Position numbers and translations under genes: made by a program. From the IMG/VR virus record IMGVR_UViG_2887198475_000002: a stretch of 64,000 nt of DNA. One strand, 5' to 3'. This document shows, piece after piece, positions 55,064-62,393 of the stretch (its first letter is position 1; every line of letters starts with the position of its first letter). The DNA is from a virus (taxonomy: Duplodnaviria; Caudoviricetes). The notes beneath the pieces were generated by a model, which was not told the origin of the DNA, did not search any database, and saw only the letters and a list, made by a program, of their open reading frames with translations.

Positions 55064-56524
55064 TCACTCGTCCGCGAACGGACGCCACACCTGATTGCGG
55101 GTCACGATGTTCCGCACCATCACATGCTGCTTGCGCTTCGACATCCGGAGGAAGCCGAAATACATCTGCGCCCAGGGGATGATCGGGCTGTCGGTGGGGT
55201 AGAGCTGCCACTTCAGCATCGGCATGAGCTGACGGAACGTGATCGCCGTGTCGCCGGGCGACAGGTTCAGCACGTAGGCTTCCTGGCTCCCCGGGACGAT
55301 CCGGTTCACGTCCTCGAACGTGGTGGTCGCACCCACGCGCGGGATGCGGCAGACCTCGCGCAGATCGGCGACGGCAGCCGGGCCATTCTGGCGGCCGCGG
55401 TAGATCACGTAGCCGGTTTCCTGGCCGGCCGCAGATGCGGCGATGGTCAGGACCACCTTCTTGCCGGCGGCGACAGCAATCTGCCCCGTCAGGCTGACGG
55501 TCGAAGCCCCCTTCTCGCTCACGCCGGCCACCCCGTAGACGTAGGTGCCGGCGCGGGCGGTGGTGAACTTAGAGTCCGCGGCGTTGCCCGTGGCGTCCGT
55601 GGTCACGCTGGTCGGGGTCATGCCGGCATTGGCGGCAGCGATGGCCGGCTTGATGAGCTGGAAGGCCCGCTTCATGCCCTCGTGGCGGATGAACACGTCC
55701 TGATTGGTCGCGATGTTGCCGTTGGACGTGCGGATGCCCACCACCGGCGCGCCGATCTTCGCGCCCGTATCACCAACGTTCGAGAGCGGCACGCGATAGG
55801 CCGGATCCAACCTGTTGTCGAAATCCTGCTGTGTCGCCTGATTCATGAACAGATCGGTCGCGGTGCCGAACTGGCCGTAGCCGGCGATGTGCGCGGCGGC
55901 GGCATTCAGCTCGTGCTGGCTTTCCAGCGGCTTGCCGTCCATGTCGATGATGTTCTCGGGCGGCACGCGGCCGCTCGCGACCCCAGCGAGGAGCTGGGCC
56001 TTGATGCCAGAAAACTCAGTTGGGACAACCCCATCGTCCCCCTCGAACAGCAGGTATTCGAGATCGGAGAGGAGCTGCTTCGCGCCGTTGCTGTATTCGG
56101 TCGCCTCCGCGTCCGCGATGGCCTTCTGCAAGGTCACGACCAGCGAAACCTGCCGGCGGGCCATGAGAAACTTGACCATCCCGACCATGCGCTGATAGGC
56201 GCCGGTCGCGTCACGGATCACGCCCGTTTCCGTGTTGGTCGAGCCGCCCAGGAAGCCGCCGATGTCGTCCTGCTCGGTCCATTCGTCCACGGTGCCCAAG
56301 GGCTTGGTCTTGGGCAGGCGGTTGAACAGCACGAAATGCTTGTTGGTTTGCAGGGCGACCTGCATGACGGGGTCCAGCGACTGCACTCGGAGCGCAGCGC
56401 CGCCGGTCAACTCCGGCGCATTGGTTCCGTAGCCAGCGGTCAGGGCTTTCTGTAGCGCCTCAACATCAGCCTGCGCCATTGCGCCGGTGATGGCGCCCGA
56501 CGCGAAGATTGCGGGATCGAGCAT
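55064..56524 (-). CDS. Major capsid protein (Twort/K/SPO1-like)
   Basis: LQKALTAGYG...GAALRVQSLD, LEYLLFEGD, EFSGI, NIIDMDG.PL, GTATDLFM. Confidence 0.88.
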   Translation of the reverse strand: MLDPAIFASGAITGAMAQADVEALQKALTAGYGTNAPELTGGAALRVQSLDPVMQVALQTNKHFVLFNRLPKTKPLGTVDEWTEQDDIGGFLGGSTNTETGVIRDATGAYQRMVGMVKFLMARRQVSLVVTLQKAIADAEATEYSNGAKQLLSDLEYLLFEGDDGVVPTEFSGIKAQLLAGVASGRVPPENIIDMDGKPLESQHELNAAAAHIAGYGQFGTATDLFMNQATQQDFDNRLDPAYRVPLSNVGDTGAKIGAPVVGIRTSNGNIATNQDVFIRHEGMKRAFQLIKPAIAAANAGMTPTSVTTDATGNAADSKFTTARAGTYVYGVAGVSEKGASTVSLTGQIAVAAGKKVVLTIAASAAGQETGYVIYRGRQNGPAAVADLREVCRIPRVGATTTFEDVNRIVPGSQEAYVLNLSPGDTAITFRQLMPMLKWQLYPTDSPIIPWAQMYFGFLRMSKRKQHVMVRNIVTRNQVWRPFADE

Positions 56525-56571
56525 CTGTCAGCCTGCTTTTGTGAGAGGTTGCGTTGCGCGGCGCCGGGCGG

Positions 56572-57246
56572 CTACGCGAACAGGTGCCGCAGCTCGTCGG
56601 GGATGCCGAGGCCGCGGGATTGATAGGTGAACACGCGATTGGCCGCGGTTGCGTCGATCTTGCCTTCGCTCAGGAGCGAGTGCGCCTTCGCCAGAATCGC
56701 CTCGCCGGAGGGGGCTTCCGTGCCAGTTGGCGTCGCCGGGCCGCGCTTCTCGTGGACCGTCAGCACCGCCTTGCGGCCGGAACCAGAGCCGGACAGCTTT
56801 GCGATGTCCGCTCGCATGGCCTTGATGAGCTTGCCCTGCTCCTGAATCGTGGTGAGCATCGGCTTCATCAGCCCGCCCAGGGTTTCGAGCGACTTCGCGA
56901 GCTGGGCGCCCTCACCTTCGCGGGCATCCATGCGGGTCATCAGCGCCTTGAGCATGGCGGTGCCGTCGAAGGCTTCCGCCTTCTCGCCATTGGCAAGCGT
57001 GACCTCGAAGGACTTGCCGAACGCTTCCCCGCCTTCGCCTTCGCCCTCGCCTTCACCCTCGCCCTCGCCGCCACCATCGGCAGCTCCGGCGCCGTCCCGG
57101 GCGGCGGCCTCGATCTTTTCGTCGGTCGCGGCATCGTCGCTGCCCGAATCCGGCAGGGCCTTGGCCAAGGTTTCGAGATCGGCCAGTAGCGCGGCAAAGC
57201 CGCCCTCGGCCTCCGCCGGAGCGCCGGCGGCGGTCTTTTCAGTCAT
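56572..57246 (-). CDS. Scaffolding protein
   Basis: Acidic, (GE)n run, coiled coil, multiple K[AS]-hydrophobic motifs; between protease and capsid. Confidence 0.7.
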   Translation of the reverse strand: MTEKTAAGAPAEAEGGFAALLADLETLAKALPDSGSDDAATDEKIEAAARDGAGAADGGGEGEGEGEGEGEGGEAFGKSFEVTLANGEKAEAFDGTAMLKALMTRMDAREGEGAQLAKSLETLGGLMKPMLTTIQEQGKLIKAMRADIAKLSGSGSGRKAVLTVHEKRGPATPTGTEAPSGEAILAKAHSLLSEGKIDATAANRVFTYQSRGLGIPDELRHLFA

Positions 57247-58160
57247 CGAGCTTTCCTCTTGCTGAGAGCGGTCCGCAGATCGCCCAAGAACCGCTCCGTC
57301 CAATCCGCGGCCTCGTCATAGGCGAGGCCGTACGCGGAGATGGCGTGGTCGGTCAGGGCTTCGACGGAAGGGGGGACGCGCTTGGCGCGCACGTCCGATG
57401 CGATGCGGTCCCGGAAATCCCAATAGGATTGCACACGCGGTTCCAGGCTTTGGTGCCGCAGCGCGGCTCCGCCTGTCAGGCTGGCGGAATCGGTCCCGTA
57501 GCCGGCCACGAGGCCCGCCGGCGCGCCGCCGTCTGATTTGGTGAAAATGAAGCCGCCGAGCGACTTGGCGAACGTGCCGACCGGCGCGACGCTGACCTCT
57601 GGCACCGATTTGTTGACGGGACAGCGATCCAGCGCCGTGTTGTTCCAGCGCACGCGCTCGACCACCGCCACGCGGTTCTGCGACTTCGGGTCGAATCGCA
57701 CGGACTTCGCCAGCACCGCGCCGCCCACGCTGGCGAACCACTTCGCGGGAGGCTGCTGCTTGGTCAGGCTGTCCCAGACCATGTTCGCGTTGCGCGCCAT
57801 GGGAGACGAGCCGGTATAGAGCTGGGCCTTAACGAACGTCCGGTTGCCGTCTATGCGGACCGCAACCGGGCGCCCAACCTCATAATCGTAATGGTTGGGG
57901 ATGCCAGCCTTTGGGCCAAGTATAGTGTAGTGCGATAAATCTACATTGCCGTGGCGTATGTAATAATCTGAGCTATCCGCCAGGGCCTTTTGTAATACAA
58001 TTTCGCCCTGGTGGTCGGGATCCTCGTTCGACGCCTCGAAATAGAGGAAACGATTGCCGCCGTCCTCAGACGGGGACGCCTTGAGGACGACGCCAAGCGC
58101 CACCCATTCGGGCACCCCAGACAACAGCTCCTCGTCCCTGCGCGCCGCGCGCTCGTCCAC
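57243..58160 (-). CDS. Prohead protease
   Basis: EASNE.PDHQGE.V, HGNVDLSH, ASVGG, PVN. Confidence 0.8.
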   Translation of the reverse strand: MDERAARRDEELLSGVPEWVALGVVLKASPSEDGGNRFLYFEASNEDPDHQGEIVLQKALADSSDYYIRHGNVDLSHYTILGPKAGIPNHYDYEVGRPVAVRIDGNRTFVKAQLYTGSSPMARNANMVWDSLTKQQPPAKWFASVGGAVLAKSVRFDPKSQNRVAVVERVRWNNTALDRCPVNKSVPEVSVAPVGTFAKSLGGFIFTKSDGGAPAGLVAGYGTDSASLTGGAALRHQSLEPRVQSYWDFRDRIASDVRAKRVPPSVEALTDHAISAYGLAYDEAADWTERFLGDLRTALSKRKAR

Positions 58161-58187
58161 AGTGGCAACCCCTTGCTCGTGGGGTCC

Positions 58188-58204
58188 ACGATTGCGTCAC
58201 GACC
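58188..58204 (-). promoter_or_regulatory. Late promoter motif copy 11 (protease-scaffold-capsid)
   Basis: GGTCGTGACG-C-AATCGT; hairpin 58162-58189. Confidence 0.8.
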
Positions 58205-58222
58205 TGCGCAGGGAGGAGGAAA

Positions 58223-58516
58223 TCAGCCGCCGATGATAGGCGGCTGTGGGTCAAGGATGGACTTTGCCCGGGCGATGACGACGGCGAGCTGGCCCTTTTC
58301 GAGCGTCAGATCCCGGTAGCGGTCGCCGGCGACGGGGTCGAGGAGCGCCCGGGGGGCGAGCCGGACAAGATCGGATTGGACCTCGCCCAGCCGCGCCTCC
58401 GCCGCGGCGAGGATTTGCCTCTCGGCCGCGGCGGTCTGCTGGGCGAGCCAAGCTAGGTGAACGAGCCGACGACGCGCGCCGGCCATGTGCTGGTCAGGGG
58501 ATGGAGCTGCGGCCAT
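58223..58516 (-). CDS. Hypothetical protein under a late promoter (leaderless)
   Basis: ATG at the predicted +1 of the motif at 58530-58539. Confidence 0.6.
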   Translation of the reverse strand: MAAAPSPDQHMAGARRRLVHLAWLAQQTAAAERQILAAAEARLGEVQSDLVRLAPRALLDPVAGDRYRDLTLEKGQLAVVIARAKSILDPQPPIIGG

Positions 58517-58522
58517 GGTGGC

Positions 58523-58539
58523 AGGCTGCCGTCACGACC
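58523..58539 (-). promoter_or_regulatory. Late promoter motif copy 12 (leaderless)
   Basis: GGTCGTGACG-G-CAGCCT; ATG 58516 at the predicted +1. Confidence 0.8.
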
Positions 58540-58834
58540 CGGGCTCGCCGGGCTCACCACCGCCTTTCGGCTTCGGCGGCGCCACCAGATCCAGCTCCGC
58601 CATCAGCTCCGCCTGCTTCTTGCGGGACAGCTTCCGGAACGCCAGCACTACCGCCCATGCGTCGCGGGGGACATCCCGGTGGTCCTTTTCCCGTTGGCGG
58701 CACCAGCGGTTCACGGTTGGGATGGCCCAGCCGCCCAACTGCGCCACCCCCTTCTGCCCCAAGCCGGTCTCATCCACAGCGGCGTCGAAGTCACGGGGCA
58801 GATCCATGGCCTCCCCGTCCGCAGTCTCGTTCAT
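58532..58834 (-). CDS. Xre-type HTH protein
   Basis: TGLGQKGVAQLGGWAIPTVNRW...VP. Confidence 0.65.
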   Translation of the reverse strand: MNETADGEAMDLPRDFDAAVDETGLGQKGVAQLGGWAIPTVNRWCRQREKDHRDVPRDAWAVVLAFRKLSRKKQAELMAELDLVAPPKPKGGGEPGEPGS

Positions 58835-59319
58835 GCCTCGCCCTCGTGCTTGAGCACGAATTGCCCGCGCTCCGTGACCTCCAGCCGCGCCTCCGGGTCG
58901 AATGCGCCGCCCGCCCAGGCCCCCAGTTCGCGCGCGGCGAGGTTCCGGATCGTGGCGAGGCGGATTGGCGGCGAGGCCGCCGGCCCCGCGCTGCCGGATC
59001 GGTAGGCTTTCCCGTCCCGCACCAGGGCGCCGGCGCGCACCAGCTCCGCCAGGGCCGCCCGCTGCGGCGCAGAGAGCGCCGCCCAGGTCGCCCTGGCCGC
59101 GGTCAGGCCCAGGCGGTTGTCCCGCATGGCCGCGTCGAAGTCGGCGAGCACGTCAGCCCGCCCAACGTCGCGCAGGAGGGCGCGCACGCCCTCCCTCTCC
59201 CGCTCCGCCCTGGCGTCGAGCAGGGACGCCACATCATCGTTTCCCTCGAACCAGCACGGCGGCGTGCCGCCCGGCTTGCATCGGACGGCGCATCCGATCG
59301 GGCAGCGCCGATTACTCAT
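58831..59319 (-). CDS. Hypothetical protein (start may be GTG 59232)
   Basis: Coupled stop/start with neighbours; wHTH-like C-terminus. Confidence 0.5.
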   Translation of the reverse strand: MSNRRCPIGCAVRCKPGGTPPCWFEGNDDVASLLDARAEREREGVRALLRDVGRADVLADFDAAMRDNRLGLTAARATWAALSAPQRAALAELVRAGALVRDGKAYRSGSAGPAASPPIRLATIRNLAARELGAWAGGAFDPEARLEVTERGQFVLKHEGEA

Positions 59320-59491
59320 AGTGGGGCTTTTCCGCGGGACGCGCCGGCGAGTTCTCCATCTCATCGGCCTCCTCCTGCATCGCCTGGATGCAAGATTCGC
59401 AGTAGGCGGGCGCATCGGCGCTCGTTCCGGTATCGGCGTCGCAGCGCAGGCAGCGAGTGGCGATGATGCGGATGGTGCTAATTTCGGACAC
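59312..59491 (-). CDS. Small Cys-rich protein
   Basis: CLRC...YCESC; SD AGAGG before GTG. Confidence 0.45.
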   Translation of the reverse strand: MSEISTIRIIATRCLRCDADTGTSADAPAYCESCIQAMQEEADEMENSPARPAEKPHYE

Positions 59492-59594
59492 GGCAGCCTC
59501 TAGGAACGAGGGCTTGAAAGTGTCTTGGGCACGCATAAGCAGCGTCGTTTAAGCAGCCCGGCGTTGAAAGGAATACCCCAAGGCTCTAGGGACC

Positions 59595-59819
59595 TTAATC
59601 TTCTTCGGGATCAGCCTCACCGATCAGCCCATTGTACCCAAACTCCGCTTCAAGATATTCAAGCGCGGACCAGTCCTGGTCAGTCGGCTTATAACCTGGG
59701 CTGGGTTCTTCCCAGTAATCATCATCGTTCAGCTTGTACCCGGCACCTTCCAAATGCTGGCGCGCCTGCTTCTCGCCACCGGGCCACTCCGCGCGAAGTT
59801 TGTCAGATTCTTTAGACAT
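59595..59819 (-). CDS. Small acidic hypothetical protein
   Basis: SD AAAGGA; lower GC. Confidence 0.55.
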   Translation of the reverse strand: MSKESDKLRAEWPGGEKQARQHLEGAGYKLNDDDYWEEPSPGYKPTDQDWSALEYLEAEFGYNGLIGEADPEED

Positions 59820-59837
59820 GTTTGTTCCTTTCATGGA

Positions 59838-60104
59838 TTAGCTGGAAGGGTTGGCCTTGAACGCGACGGCGTATGATCCATCCCGCTTCCGCAGCAGGAC
59901 GAGAGAGCCATCTGCTGTCTCCGTGAAGGCGCGAGCCGACCACAGCTCGCCGAGTGGCGACGTGGCCCAATCATCGAGCGGCGGATCGACACGAACCACA
60001 CCCAGCATCGGCGCCGCGCGGAATGCTAGCGTTTTGGCATAGCGCAGGGATCGCGCCTGAAGCGGTGTCCACGTCAGACCGGCGCCAGGGTAGCCCAACG
60101 TCAT
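59838..60104 (-). CDS. Hypothetical protein
   Basis: SD GGAGG before MTLGYPG; upstream promoter near 60206-60235. Confidence 0.55.
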   Translation of the reverse strand: MTLGYPGAGLTWTPLQARSLRYAKTLAFRAAPMLGVVRVDPPLDDWATSPLGELWSARAFTETADGSLVLLRKRDGSYAVAFKANPSS

Positions 60105-60204
60105 GTTCGACCTCCGGCTTAGCGGGAAGCGTCGGATTTGCGCAGCACGGAGATCAGGGCCTGGGCTTCTGCAATGTGGCGCTGCCTTGTTCTTGGTGTC
60201 GGAG

Positions 60205-60580
60205 ACACTACACCATAGGCGCATTGATGGCGCAAGCCATGCCACAAAGAAAAATGCACCAGAGGCGCGTTTTTCTTTTGCCAGACCGCGGCGACGAAGG
60301 CCCGCGCCTTGGCCCCCTCGATCGCCTCGACGCTGAACTCTGACGAATTGGTCCGTGCGCCCTCGTGGGCAGCACGAACTGTCCCGCGGCGATTCTTTCA
60401 CCGCTGATCGAACGCGAATGAAAGCTGCTGGAACGGCCCGGCCTCTGTGCGGAACATCGCTGACTCCTCTTTGCAGGCAAACAACACCACAGGCGCATTG
60501 CGCGTTCAATCCACAACCACAAAAAATGCACCAGAGGCGCATTTTTATTTTGCAACATTGATGCGCCTGTGGTGTTGTTG
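60205..60580. promoter_or_regulatory. Divergent sigma70-like promoter cluster with five ACCANAGGCGCR operator-like copies
   Basis: Copies at 60212, 60258, 60486, 60530 and (reverse) 60562. Promoters TTGCGC-N17-TGTAGT (-), TTGAAC-N17-TGTTGT (-) and TTGCAA-N17-TGTTGT (+). Confidence 0.65.
60285..60457 (-). pseudogene. Truncated remnant, possibly of a Mom-like DNA modification gene; or a functional 19-aa peptide (60398-60457)
   Basis: Strong SD AGAGGAG; MFRTEAGPFQQLSFAFDQR*KNRRGTVRAAHEGARTNSSEFSVEAIEGAKARAFVAA, then runs into the duplicated promoter. Confidence 0.4.
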
Positions 60581-60599
60581 GTGCCGAAGGAGAACGGCG

Positions 60600-61232
60600 A
60601 TGTCGAACCGCAAACTTGAAGCTGCGATCAGCCAAGGTAGCTTGTTTGACCTGCTGGCTGCCCAGGCCCCCCAAGCCTCGCGTCGCCTTCTGATCCTGCA
60701 ATGCGGGAAGTCGAAGAACCCGGCCGAAGGCAAGATACCGGCCCGGGACCGCTACACCGGCCCGCTGTGGACGACGCTCCGCAACGCCGATCCCAACGGA
60801 GAGCGCACCCAGGTTGCGGCGCTCTCGGCCAAATACGGCCTGATCCGCGGCAGCCGCGAAATCGATAACTACGATCTAGAAATGACAGACCGGATTGCCG
60901 AGCAGATGTTGTTTGGCGGCGGAAGCGCCCTCTATCCCGTCGCCGAGCCCTGCAAGGCCAAGACCGAGGCCGGTCGGGACCGCTACCGGGCGAAGCTGGC
61001 CGCCATGGGCCGGACCTCCCCGTTCCGCGAGATCGTCCTGACCGAGCGCGCCGCCGGCGCGCCTCTCACCGAAATCTGCATCGTCGGCGGGCACCGCTAT
61101 TGCCGCGTCGCCGAAGCCCTGCTGGCCGAGTTTCGGCTGATGGGCATCCTTTCCCCGTCATGCAAGATCACCATCATCAACGACGAGATCGGCATGATGC
61201 GGAAGCGGATGAAGGAGTGGATTGCGGCTTAA
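60600..61232 (+). CDS. DUF6884-like protein
   Basis: LILQCGKSK...PARDRYTGPLW, ALSAKYGLI.....IDNYD..M, GG..Y, IG..RKRMKEW; SD AAGGAG. Confidence 0.7.
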   Translation: MSNRKLEAAISQGSLFDLLAAQAPQASRRLLILQCGKSKNPAEGKIPARDRYTGPLWTTLRNADPNGERTQVAALSAKYGLIRGSREIDNYDLEMTDRIAEQMLFGGGSALYPVAEPCKAKTEAGRDRYRAKLAAMGRTSPFREIVLTERAAGAPLTEICIVGGHRYCRVAEALLAEFRLMGILSPSCKITIINDEIGMMRKRMKEWIAA

Positions 61233-61257
61233 TCAGAAAAAACGAAAGGAACTGGCT

Positions 61258-61527
61258 ATGGCCACGAACGCACCGTTCCCCCTGGCGGCTTCCGACAAAG
61301 CCCTGATCCTGGCAGCCCTCCGGGCCTACACCCCGCCGGCGCTCCTCGATCTTGAGGACTTGGGCGGGCTGATCGACAGCATCGAACAGGCCGGCAACGT
61401 CTACCTCGACTACGCGGACGCCCCGCCCGCCTGCGAGATCGACATTGAAAAATTCGATGACATGGACTGCCGGCCGCTGCGGGACCGCGGCGAGGAGCAG
61501 TTCATGCACAACGCCTGCGACTGGTGA
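61258..61527 (+). CDS. Small acidic hypothetical protein
   Basis: SD AAAGGA. Confidence 0.6.
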   Translation: MATNAPFPLAASDKALILAALRAYTPPALLDLEDLGGLIDSIEQAGNVYLDYADAPPACEIDIEKFDDMDCRPLRDRGEEQFMHNACDW

Positions 61528-61541
61528 GAAGGGAAGCAGAC

Positions 61542-61991
61542 ATGACAATCGCACGCGAATCCTATCGCGCCACCTACCGCATCACCCGCGTCATGTGGAA
61601 AGGCCAACGCCAGCAGAATGACATGAGAGGTGCCCTTCGCGAGCGCCTGGGACTGTCCTTGGAGGAGGCCATCGCCTCCGCCGCCGGCGCGCACCCGCGG
61701 GCCTGGGATGCGGCCTGGAATGCCACGTTCCGCCCCCTGCCGTCCCAGCAGTGGAACCGGGTTGAGGCCGCCTGGGGCAACGTTCACGGGGATTGGGACA
61801 TCTCGTTCCGCATGGCGGTTCGCCGCCAGCTCAAGATAGCGCGCCAGATCCGCCATGAGCGCCAGATGTTCGTGCGTGGGCTGCCGGAGCGTGAGCAGCG
61901 GTTCTGGGAGTTCGACCGGCACGCCAAGGCTATCGCCCAGGGGAAGCCGGCGCGTAGCGGCATCGCCTCCGGCACAGAGCTGGCGGCATGA
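61542..61991 (+). CDS. Hypothetical protein
   Basis: SD AAGGGA; coupled downstream. Confidence 0.6.
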   Translation: MTIARESYRATYRITRVMWKGQRQQNDMRGALRERLGLSLEEAIASAAGAHPRAWDAAWNATFRPLPSQQWNRVEAAWGNVHGDWDISFRMAVRRQLKIARQIRHERQMFVRGLPEREQRFWEFDRHAKAIAQGKPARSGIASGTELAA

Positions 61992-62392
61992 CCACCAGCA
62001 CCGTGCAGCTCACGCTCGCGGAGGCCGAGCTGCTGGAACACCGCCTGTCGATCCCTGACTGCATCGCCGACGCGATCGGCGATTACCGCGAGGACGAGGA
62101 CGGGAACGAAGTCCCCTGCCCGTGGACGCGGGATCAGATCGAGGCAAGTACCCGCGGCTTGCTCGCCCAGGTCGAGAGCCGGCGCTGCATCGACCTGACG
62201 GACGATCTGGCGGTTGAGATCGCCGAGGATTGCATGAGCGGTTCGACGTTCTTTGCTGACATTGACGATGCGGTGGCGACGGGAGAGCTGACGAAGGAGC
62301 AGGCCGCCGCCTACCGGAGTGCCGCGAAAAGCCTCTGCCGCAAACTCAGCAAAGCCGCCGGCCGCAAGCTGGATGGCTTCCCGCCGGCCTGA
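61988..62392 (+). CDS. Hypothetical protein
   Basis: ATGA overlap; acidic, helical. Confidence 0.6.
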   Translation: MTTSTVQLTLAEAELLEHRLSIPDCIADAIGDYREDEDGNEVPCPWTRDQIEASTRGLLAQVESRRCIDLTDDLAVEIAEDCMSGSTFFADIDDAVATGELTKEQAAAYRSAAKSLCRKLSKAAGRKLDGFPPA

Positions 62393-62393
62393 A

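Noticed and set aside
23732-56141. GGTCACGAC variants (near 23732, 36150, 49956, 56132) as further late promoters
   Set aside because: Intragenic, wrong base at the R position and not upstream of gene starts; consistent with Val-Val-Thr codons.
57029-57070. Six-bp-period repeat as a phase-variable tract
   Set aside because: Encodes an in-frame (Gly-Glu)n linker of the scaffold with synonymous variation.
60205-60580. Repeats as a CRISPR array
   Set aside because: Short, irregularly spaced, mixed orientation, embedded in promoters; no cas genes.
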